Positions 52,951 through 64,000 of a stretch of 64,000 bases of DNA are shown here, piece after piece; the stretch's first letter is position 1, and every line of letters begins with the position of its first letter. The position numbers were made by a program, and so were the translations under genes. This DNA comes from Octopus sinensis (Eukaryota), in assembly GCF_006345805.1 (NCBI RefSeq), contig NC_043010.1, forward strand, positions 31,930,001 to 31,994,000. The letters run 5' to 3'. The notes under the pieces are model-generated. The model ran no database searches and was not told where the DNA came from. It saw only the letters and a list, made by a program, of their open reading frames with translations.

Positions 52951-53137
52951 AATGTCTGATAAACATTCATGTGTCAATGTCTGCATTATGTCTTCTTATT
53001 GATTTATCTGTGTTTACGCTGGTGTACACAGAGTCCTGTCTTTAGTTTAACTCTATAGAGTCTTTTAAGACATTGTAACACAGTCTATATATGGAAGTAC
53101 CAGTGTGTGTGTGTACACACACACAGATATATGTACA

Positions 53138-53303
<166 letters not shown>

Positions 53304-54119
53304 TAATCCCCATCAGTATTGGCAATGTTTATTCTGATGTACACAAATTTCTGTCTTTAACTATATACAGTCTTTTAAAGCAACTCTCCTCAATGCACAC
53401 ACACACACACATGCACACCAATATAACCTATCATATATCATTTATTGATATTTACAACAGTCTGCTATAGTGAACCATGTTACATCACTCCCCCCCTCTC
53501 TCTCTCTCTCTCATATTTCATTCAACATAAACTATATATAATTCCTTATTTCCCTATAATTATGCTGCTGTCCAGATTTTCCATCTCAGAGTTTTAGTTA
53601 AATGTTGTTCAATAATAACAACATTCGAAGCAATCTTCTTCTTCTTCTTCTTCTTCTTCTTCTTCTCCTCCTCCTCCTCCTCCTCCTCCCCCATCTCCCC
53701 TCCTCCTCTCCTCCTCCCCCACAACTTCTCCTCCTCCTCCTCTCAGATGCAGCCACATCACATTATATCCACTGATATCTGATCTACCCTCCACAAACTA
53801 TAATCTCTTGTTTCTTCCAACTGCTATTATCCAGTCCGCCTGATTCTAGTTATAAACAGTCGGATCAAACTATAACTTTTTTCCAGCTAAATAATCTAAA
53901 GTTGCTAAGTTTGTTTCCCAAAAGTAATTGGACACCTACTGAAATAGTTGTATTCACATTTTTAGCCCGGATTAAGTGATATGCTTGTTTCAAAATTCTG
54001 CTACATATTGTGGCTTGCCAAAATTATTTTCAAGCAAAGGAGTAGTGGTTACAGATGTCCTCTCTTCTCACCTATCCTGATGTTTGGCAAATACACTGCT
54101 CCTGCCTATCTTTTATCTT

Positions 54120-54377
54120 TCGTTTTTTATCTTTTACTTCTTTCAGTTATTGAACTGTGGCCATGCTGGGGCATCACCTTGATGGGTTTAGTGACACAAA
54201 TTGACTCCAGTACTTATTTAATGTTTTTCCTTCAAATCTGATCTGATAGAATTTCTTCAAATTCTATCCATCCTATTTTTTTTAATGTTTTTGCGGAATT
54301 GCTAAGTTATAAAGCTGCAAACAAATGAACATTAGTTGCCAAGATGAGGAACAAACACAAAGGCACACATACATGCA

Positions 54378-54424
<47 letters not shown>

Positions 54425-54600
54425 CACACACACACACATACACACACATATACACAATGGGCTTCTTTCAGTTCCCATGTACCAAATCCACTCAAGAGCC
54501 CTGGTCAGCCAGGACTATAGTTGAAAACATTTGCCTAAGTGCCATGCAATGGAATCATGTAGTTTGGAAGCGAATCTCTTACCACACAACCTCACCTGTG
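54120..54600 (-). mobile_element. SINE family A, degenerate full copy
   Basis: ttcagttattgaactgtggccatgctgg ... ggcttctttcagttcccatgtaccaaatccactc. Confidence 0.8.
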
Positions 54601-56721
54601 TCTATAGTAAAGAATGACTTGACAGTTGCTGAAACATAGCCAAAAGAGACACTTGAATGTTTCTCACCAAATTTCAACATGAGTAACAACAATGCTTGTA
54701 CGACAATAACAGCATCAATTTCTCAATTAAATTGTAAAAATATAATGGATAAAGCAGTCCTGTACCTGAAACAGTGGTGGAATAGTTACAGCTGTAACAT
54801 TTTGATCATAACTTTACACCTTCAGAGATAAACTGGGACTATAAAACAACAACAACAACAAGATGATTATTGAAAATGTGAAGACACCAGAAGTAAATAA
54901 TTTTACGGAAAAATTAAGAAATGTATAACAAAGTTCAATTGTTATTTTCGATTTTGGCACAGATTTCGTATGAAGACCACCTCACCGACTCCACTCCTGA
55001 CTTGAGACATAAATAAAGTGCTGAAAATCACTGCAATTAATTCACTTCTCATGGCAAAGCCATCACTCAATCACTGTCATCACAATTACTGTGTCTTTCA
55101 CAGCTACATTATTGATATACTATCACAAGAATTTTGGACAATAGAGGGTCTGATAAAGAAAGACATAACTGTTAAGAAAGTGGTGAACTATAGAAACCTG
55201 TGGCCAGATACACACACACACACGCACACACACACACACACACATACACACACATACACACAGACACACACACACATACACACACGTGTCTTGACATAGC
55301 ATGATGGTTGTAAACTGTTGTGGAAGGATTCTGATCATTCCTCAAGTGACTAAAAGGTGAACTAAAAGGTAATAAAACAGAACTGTGAGTGATTGGCAGT
55401 TCGTGTAGGTAGCAGTTCACTGTGAACCTTTCATATAGCGTGTTGAGTCTCATGTAATAGTAATAGTAGTGCATTGTGTGTATACTTTCTACCCCCTGCT
55501 TCATTATATTATATGTCCAATACAAGGATATAAAAGAAGTGATGAGTTGTTTGAAGCTTGTGTTGGGTGTTTAAAATTTTTTTTGGTATTAAACGAAAGA
55601 AAAATTTGTTTAACGTGGAGAACTTATTGGCTTCCATGGTGCAGTTGTAACAGCAACTACAACAACAGCAGTTGCAACAACAACAACAAAACCAACAATT
55701 GCTATAATTAATGTGGAAGAAGTCTGAAAATACTTCAGGTGCATACTCGCTAGATGGTGTTGCAAACTCAATTGAAAAATTCAGCTATGAACCAGAAGGG
55801 ATTACCTTCTCTGCATATTTTCGTAGATAAGAACAAATTTTCAAAGAAGAGTGTAAAAGTTAGTCTAGCAAGAAAAAAATTCAATTACTTTTAAGAAAGT
55901 TATACCTTGCCGAACACACACACACACACAAAAAAAAGACAGTAATTATATTCTGCTGTAGAAGCCAGGTGAGATTTATTTTGATGAAACAATATTTTAT
56001 CAAAAATGTTTGGTGGAAGAAATTCCCTGTTCAATGCATTCTGGCAATGTTTAAATTTGGTCAAAAAAGACAAAGATTTTGTCATCTATGCCAGAGTAGT
56101 TAACAGAGAGTGGGAAAAATTCAGACTGAATGAGTTGACAACGGATATGTTCAAGTCTTTAATTTTTGTTCAATGGCTTACTACAAAGATGCAGATTTAC
56201 ATTTCTGGATATTAACAAAATTAGAACGAGATAAAAATTTAAGTTATAATTGGATACAGGCAGCGACATCTCAGTAATTAACTGCGATACATGGAAAAAG
56301 ATTGGAATACTTAAATTAAATGAAACCTCGAAAATTGCCTGTGGTGTTTCAGAAATAAAATTATATCATAAGGATGAATTGATAAGTAAGATTACAATTT
56401 CTGAAAAAAACGTTAAACATTTTTGTGTTAAATAGTACAACAAACTTGTTCAGTACTAACTGCATGGAACAGTTTAATTTAAGGGACCTTCCTATAAATC
56501 TTTTCTGTAAAAATGTAAGTTGTTTTCCCTCCAGTACAAATAAGTCATCAGACGAATTGAAAAAAAATGTTTTAATATTTCTCCTAAAGTTCTGTCTGAT
56601 AAATTAGGTCTGTGTACCAAAATGAAGGCATGGTTTCAAATACAACAAAATGCCATACTGACATTTAAACAAAAACGAACATTAGAACAGATAAACTTAA
56701 AGAGAGATTAGAAAAAATTGG

Positions 56722-59081
56722 AGTTATCCAAAAAGTGAAATATTCTGAAAGGGCAGCAACAACTGTATACATTAAGAAAAAGAATAATAAAATCAGAGGA
56801 GTGTGCACTGATTTTTACACTGGTTTAAATGAATGTCTTAAAATGTGCCACTATCTGCTACCTGCTCCTGAGGATATTTTTGTGAAATTAAATGGTGGCA
56901 AGTATTTTCTAAATTGGATCTCTCTGATGCATACCTACAAACTAGAGTAAATGATAAATGCTCTAAATACCTAACAATTAACACACATAAAGGACTGTAT
57001 AAATACAACAGGTTACAATTTGGCTTAAAAGTCACACCAATGATTTTTCAACGGAATATGGATGCAATGTTGGCAGACTGTGAACTTGCAATTCCATATC
57101 TGGAATTAACAGTGAATCCAGGGATCAGCAGGTAGAGCACGTAAAATATGTGTTTGAAAAAATTAGACATTACGGCTTTACTTTGAGTGAAGAAAAGTGT
57201 GTATTTTTCTTATCGAAAATAAGATATTTAGGATATATCCTGTTAAGAGCAGATGTAATTAAAACTATGTCCCCTCTGACTAATATAGCGACCTTAAAAG
57301 CATTTTTACGATTGGTAAATTACCAAAATTATATTCCAAATATTTATAAGGTGAGGTTTCCACTAAATAATCTGCTGAAAAAAAGATATGAAATGGAATT
57401 GGTCAGAAAATTGTCATTAGGCATTTGAAGGAATAAAAAAAAAATACTAACATACGATTTATTGTTAGCATATTTCAATATTGCAGTGGAGATTGTTGTA
57501 GCTTCAGATGCTTCTCAGTTATCCAAAAAGTGAAATATTCTGAAAGGGCAGCACCAACTGTATACATTAAGAGAAAGAATAATAAAATCAGAGGAGTGTG
57601 CACGGAATGTCTTAAAATGTGCCACTATCTGCTACCTGTTCCAGAGGATACTTTTGCAAAATTAAATGGTGGCAAGTATTTTCTAGATTGGATCTCTCTG
57701 ATGCATACCTACAACTAGAGTAAATGATGAATGCTCTAAATACCTAACAATTAACACACATAAAGGACTGCATAAATACAACAGGTTACAATTTGGCTTA
57801 AAAGTCACACCAAGGATTTTTCAACAGAATATGGATGCAATGTTGGCAGATTGTGAACTTGCAATTCCATATCTGGATCATATACTCATTAACAGTGAAT
57901 CCAGGGATCAGCAGGTAGAGCACGTAAAATATGTGTTTGAAAAAATTAGACATTACGGCTTTACTTTGAGTGAAGAAAAGTGTGTATTTTTCTTATCGAA
58001 AATAAGATATTTAGGATATATCCTGTTAAGAGCAGATGTAATTAAAACTATGTCCCCTCTGACTAATATAGCGACCTTAAAAGCATTTTTACGATTGGTA
58101 AATTACCAAAATTATATTCCAAATATTTATAAGGTGAGGTTTCCACTAAATAATCTGCTGAAAAAAAGATATGAAATGGAATTGGTCAGAAAATTGTCAT
58201 TAGGCATTTGAAGGAATAAAAAAAAATACTAACATACGATTTATTGTTAGCATATTTCAATATTGCAGTGGAGATTGTTGTAGCTTCAGATGCTTCTCAG
58301 TTATCCAAAAAGTGAAATATTCTGAAAGGGCAGCACCAACTGTATACATTAAGAGAAAGAATAATAAAATCAGAGGAGTGTGCACGGAATGTCTTAAAAT
58401 GTGCCACTATCTGCTACCTGTTCCAGAGGATACTTTTGCAAAATTAAATGGTGGCAAGTATTTTCTAGATTGGATCTCTCTGATGCATACCTACAAACTA
58501 GAGTAAATGATGAATGCTCTAAATACCTAACAATTAACACACATAAAGGACTGCATAAATACAACAGGTTACAATTTGGCTTAAAAGTCACACCAAGGAT
58601 TTTTCAACAGAATATGGATGCAATGTTGGCAGATTGTGAACTTGCAATTCCATATCTGGATCATATACTCATTAACAGTGAATCCAGGGATCAGCAGGTA
58701 GAGCACGTAAAATATGTGTTTGAAAAAATTAGACATTACGGCTTTACTTTGAGTGAAGAAAAGTGTGTATTTTTCTTATCGAAAATAAGATATTTAGGAT
58801 ATATCCTGTTAAGAGCAGATGTAATTAAAACTATGTCCCCTCTGACTAATATAGCGACCTTAAAAGCATTTTTACGATTGGTAAATTACCAAAATTATAT
58901 TCCAAATATTTATAAGGTGAGGTTTCCACTAAATAATCTGCTGAAAAAAAGATATGAAATGGAATTGGTCAGAAAATTGTCATTAGGCATTTGAGGGAAT
59001 AAAAAAAAATACTAACATACGATTTATTGTTAGCATATTTCAATATTGCAGTGGAGATTGTTGTAGCTTCAGATGCTTCTC
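56722..59081 (+). repeat. Tandem triplication of the Gypsy RT segment (795, 782, 783 bp)
   Basis: agttatccaaaaagtgaaatattc starts units at 56722, 57517 and 58299; AGT microhomology at the junctions. Confidence 0.95.
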
Positions 59082-59102
59082 AGTACAGTATAGGAGCAGT
59101 AA

Positions 59103-59619
59103 TCTATATATATAAAACTGTAGTTGTGTGAGTGTCTGTCTCCTACGATTTAGATTCCTAACTCCTCCCACATTTTGCGGTGCAGTTTAACCAAATTCGG
59201 GTATCTTATAGTCGTGATTAATATCGAGCCCTTCTGGCTATTAGCGCGCGTCTACGATGAGTCTACGATTTTAAAAATAATTTAACATCATTTTTTATTC
59301 CATTTTAATGCATAATTTTTTGTGTGTCGATGGCGGCGGAGTTGGCGTCCATGCTCAAACACCTGCACCTGTGTTTGCTTCTCCCCCTTCTTCCCTCCCT
59401 CGTGAAGCTGTGGGGAAGGGAGTTTAAGGAAATCAACGTCGTAATGCGTTGTCAAGGAGACCAGCGTTCTTTTAGAACAACGACTTCATGGCTTGAAGAC
59501 ACCAAAACAGAAATGGCTAAGAAAGCCCGAATTGGCATCTATAAAGGAAGTAACTCTCTAAAAATGCTTATATAGTTATTTCCCTTACAAACCCGAGCAA
59601 CGCCGGGCGATACTGCTAG
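59103..59619 (+). mobile_element. Non-autonomous Helitron inserted in Gypsy RNase H
   Basis: A|TCTATATATATAAAAC start, cccgagcaacgccggg hairpin and CTAG|T end; no TSD; removal restores the reading frame IGAVMLYKYKEGNMK. Confidence 0.9.
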
Positions 59620-61657
59620 TGCTATATAAATATAAAGAGGGTAACATGAAGTTAGTGTTCATGCCTCATGTTCTTTGATATCAGCAGAGGAAAATTATAG
59701 TCAAATCGAAAAAGAAGCTCTAGTGATCATTTTTACCATGGAAATCTTTCACAGATTTTTGCATGGTAGAAGTTTTCATCTACAGACTAATCACTGCCCG
59801 TTCATCTGGATTGTCTTTCAAGACTGATTTCAAAAAGTGAGGAACTATTTGAAGATACTGTGACTGCTGCTTTGTGAGCGGAAAATGAAATTAAAAATGT
59901 TTGGTGTAACATTATTCATAAACTGCCAGTGACTTTACAAGGCATAAAATTAAAATCAGAAAATGATAAATGCATTATAAAAATGAAGGAAATACTGAAG
60001 GCTAAAAGTGCTAAAAATATGCACAACACAAATGTGACACATTTCTCACTGTGTGACCCATTTCTCACTGTGTGACAATGTACTGATGTATGCACAGAAA
60101 GTCATAGTGCCAGCCACATTGCAAAGGCAATTATTAAAGGAATTTCATATGGGTCACCAAGGGATTTCAAGAATGAAATCATTAATGAGAAGGTAAGTAT
60201 ATTGGCTAACAGTGGACTGTAGCATTGAAGAATCAGTGAAATCATTCAGAGAGTGTGCTTTAGCTGCAAAATCTTCTACCACTAAATGGCAACCATGGCC
60301 AAAGACAGATGTTCCATGGGCCAGACTGCATATCGATCATACAGGTCCACTTAAGGGTTCACATTACCTTGTGGTGGCGGATAGCTTTTCAAAGTGGCAG
60401 GAAGTGCATAAATATAAGAAGCTGACATCTGTAGTTACAGTAAGTTTTTTTACACAAATTGTTAACCAGGTATGGTATTCCAGATACCATTTTGTCAGAT
60501 AATGGAGCTCAATTTATGTCAGTCGAATTCAGAAAATTGCAAAATGTTCATTATTGGACATGTTATCACTCTGCCTTATCATTCTAGGTCAAATGGACAA
60601 GCATAGCATTTTGTTGACGTTTTCAAGAGGGTGATGAAAATGGCAAACAGTGAAATAATGGATGACTTTGCACTGCAACAATTTCTAAGAGTCTACTGAG
60701 TAACACTTAATCCAAATACAATGTTGGGAATGTCACCCACAGAATTGATGCTTGCTAGAAAGATCAGATCCATCTTTTATAAGCTGATACCTAGTGAAAA
60801 TAAAAAGAAGGCGAGCATCAAAAATACTTCAAAATTCTTCAAGTTGGGTAACAAAGTTTTTTGAAACCTATTGATATGGTAAAAAAAAGGTGGAAGGATG
60901 GTGTAATCATTAAACAAATAGGAAGAATGATATTCCTGGAAAAAGGAAAAAAACGTTGAATACAAAAGCCAGCTTAAAAAAAGATTCATGGAAAAAACAG
61001 TCATGAGAAATGAAATCCCTATGGAAGTATTGTACGACATGTTTGAGGTACTAACACCCAAACAATCTGAAGCTACAACATTCTAACACCAGAAAATGGA
61101 AAAGAATGGAGACGCAGGAATTGAACCCTAAACGTAAGAGATATTAAGACTCTGAATAGGGTTCAAATCTCAAAAGGTGAGAACATAGGGTTAGGAGATT
61201 TGTTGCGGAAGGATTCTGGCCACCTCTCAAGTGACTAAAAGGTGTACTGACTCATTGTTATAAAACAAAAAATTGTGAGTGATTGGCAGTTCATGTTGAT
61301 AGCAGTTCACTCTGAGCCTTTGATACACAGCGTTGAGTCTTGTGTAATAGTAGTGCATCATGTATATACTTTCTTTGTTATATTATATATCCACTACAAC
61401 TATATAAAATAAACAAGTATCCTCATCCTATCAGCAATGTTGTTAGTTTATAGTCTTCCAAGAAAAGTATGTTTGGCTATGGGGCAAATATTATCTTTAC
61501 TAGAATCAAATGAGGGTTGGCAACAGGAGGGCAAGCAGCTGTAGAAAATCTGCATTAACAAATTCTAAAATCCATGCAAGTATTAAAATCATGTGTGTGT
61601 GTGTTTATGCATGTGTGTGTGCATGCACATGTATGTCTGTGTGTGTGTGTGTATGTA

Positions 61658-61691
<34 letters not shown>

Positions 61692-61789
61692 CACACATAT
61701 GATATATATATTTATATATATGAGAGGTTTTGGTATCCAGAAGATCCATTTATACTTCCTATATTCCTCCCTTTCTAAAATAAGTTCTT

Positions 61790-63900
61790 ATATTGAACTC
61801 TACTATTTCCCTATATTTAACTCTCTCATATTGTCTTTGATGAAGGGATATTTTCCTCATACCCCTGAAACAGCTGTAAGACTACCTTTCTCGTTATAAA
61901 CATCCTAGAAATTTTACACTGCCTTGGCTTTGTTGTCTCATTTTATTTAACATCTCGCTAAATTCAAGGAAGACTTATACAACATTGTGAAAAACATTGA
62001 ATTTAGAAAAAAAATATATGCAAACACCCACACCAATGTAAACTTAGGAAAATACTTGATGTGTTTGAAAAGGCCCAGGGAATAATTGTACCAGCTGACA
62101 AAACTGGTAATGTTTATATTGTTGACTTTTATCCCTATAACAATCTCATACGTCACGAACTATGCGGTAAATACAGACATGCACAAACAGACACATAATA
62201 AATAGAAAGGGATTAGAAATAGTAAATAACTTAAATATACACGATAGAACTGAATCTTGTATGCCATGGAAACCTCAAATACAAATAAAAATCACAAGCC
62301 AAACTTCCACATTGCCCCCTCTGTTAGATTAATCTGTCCCTCTAAATCTGACACCGGGAGGAATAGTCAGACAATATTAGATAGGATTATACCCCAACTT
62401 TGATTTAGAAATACTCTAGGACTATGGTTCAACACCCAACAAGTAATTGGGTGGTTTAACCACTTAATAACAAGCAAAGAAAGCAAATTCATTCAACTAT
62501 ACATCGAGGGATATTATGCCAGTATTAACCCTATCCTCTTAAATAAGGCTTTAATCTTTGCTAGAAATATTTCAGATCCTTTCAGATACGAAATTGACAT
62601 AGCTATGGGACCATTTGATTCTGCAGAAGTAACTGACCTTGTAGGAATTTACATCCTATCCCAGATACAATTATATATTCCTGGATTGAATGGAGGCCTA
62701 TACAGAGATGACACATTATACTTCCTACAGAGATGTAGCGAAGTACAGAACAAAAAATCTCTATTTAAGTTTTTTTAAAATAATGAACCAACGAATACTG
62801 TAGACTCAACTTTTTAGATGCTACTTTTGACTTGGATACTGGTCTACATGAATCATTCCATAAACCTAATGAGTACCTAAAATACATCAACGTTGGATCT
62901 AATCATCCACCATCGTTAACAACACCTCTGCTTGAATATCCAGGTTATCTGCAAATGAAAACACAACAATAACTACATAAATAATATCAAAACCCTAGAT
63001 AATAGAATCCAAAACCATAAGATAAGACTAATCAAACCCCGACACATTCGAATCAACCACGAGTTAAAGAAAACTTGTAACAGACAACAAATTAAAACAA
63101 CTACTGCTACAAAATACAATTGATGCTCCAAGCACCCAGACAGACAGACCTAACTGAAAATATAAAAACCGTGATGTCCTTTGGTATAACCCAATCTGGA
63201 ACTCCAACATCTCATCTAAGATCACGAAACAATTTTTCACCGCACTTGTTTGCTGCTTCCCTAAAAATGGAGTGTACAACAAAATATTCAACTGTCACAC
63301 TATGAAACTGTCCTATGCAAATTCATCAAACTTAGAGCACCATATTCGTAAGATTAACGATCGTAAACTGAGGTGAAGACTAGTCAACACTCAAAATAAC
63401 CTTCTTGACATCAACCATAACTCATATGAACAGCCTAAAGACAACGTTTATAACTCGAATTATACTATCAGCTAACAGAGCAATAATTACAATATCCATG
63501 ATAACCATCCAAAAGACAACACCAGCAATAATTAAAATAATAAACTGAGAACACCTAGTGATTATAAAATGATAATATTGACAACTAAAATACAGAACAG
63601 AACCAATCCCTCCAGTGCTCGATGTACACAAGCCAACAAAATCAAACAGTTATGCTCATGCAAAGATAGATCCAGTTGCCCTTTGGATAACCAATGTATG
63701 ACTTAGAACGTGGTATACAAGTGCACTATAAAGACTAGAGGAGGCCCCTATGTATATATCGGGGCATGTGTCGTACCCAATAAAATATTTTACTCACTCC
63801 ATCTATTTTATTAATACTGTTACCCCAACCGCCACTACGAAGTTCCTGCAATAAATTTAAGGATAACAACAGATAATCGAAACTGTGCCGGTAGTTTACT
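61790..63900 (+). mobile_element. Penelope-like element (RT plus GIY-YIG), decayed
   Basis: VPADKTGNVY, RLICPSKSD..ILDRI, AMGPFDSAEVTDLVGIYIL, GGLYRDDTL, FLDATFDLDTG, YINVGSNHPP, and CPLDNQC..NVVYKCTI..YIG. Confidence 0.9.
61833..61882 (+). ncRNA. Type I hammerhead-like motif upstream of the PLE ORF
   Basis: GUCU-UUGAUGA-AGGG(..)CCCU-GAAA-CAGCUGU-A-AGAC; stem I GUCU/AGAC, palindromic ACAGCUGU stem III, GUA cleavage triplet; C3 reads U. Confidence 0.7.
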
Positions 63901-64000
63901 CATCATCTGTTTATACATATATATATACATATATGTGTGTGTGTGTGTGTGTGTTCATACATTTATATATGTTCATATTCATATAGGGATGTCCATGATG

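Larger units (their letters stand above)
55316..61405 (+). mobile_element. pol: Ty3/Gypsy LTR retrotransposon, decayed
   Basis: LTR pair starting TGTTG(T/C)GGAAGGATTC at 55316 and 61201; gag-like PEGITFSAYFR; protease LDTGSDISVI; RT LDLSDAYLQ...YLDHILI; RNase H ASDASQ..NYSQIEKEAL; integrase H..HQG, WARLHIDHTGP, DSFSKW. Domain order PR-RT-RH-IN. Confidence 0.95.

Noticed and set aside
52389-53002. Long ORFs (143-187 aa) rich in His/Thr/Gly/Val on both strands
   Set aside because: They arise from ATC/ACC/GCC trinucleotide tracts that are open in most frames; no non-repetitive domain.

Overview
AT-rich eukaryotic, repeat-dominated window. By recognition of its repeat families it is most likely octopus (coleoid cephalopod) intronic/intergenic DNA; this is an inference. 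Almost all ORFs in the track are microsatellite or transposon artefacts, and no host gene can be named. A few weak candidate exons lie on the minus strand. Supported content: (1) a decayed Ty3/Gypsy LTR retrotransposon (55316-~61405) whose RT segment is tandemly triplicated and whose RNase H carries a precise Helitron insertion; (2) a decayed Penelope-like element (PLE, RT plus GIY-YIG) at the right end; (3) minimal type I hammerhead-ribozyme motifs in PLE terminal repeats, including a family with a CCGA(A/U)GA core; (4) R4/Dong-type LINE fragments in (TAA)n arrays, plus RTE and CR1-like remnants; (5) three mariner remnants, several MITEs, a second Helitron, many tRNA-derived SINEs, long hairpins and a near-perfect long-range inverted repeat. 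All alignments, folds and counts were done by eye; no database searches were run.
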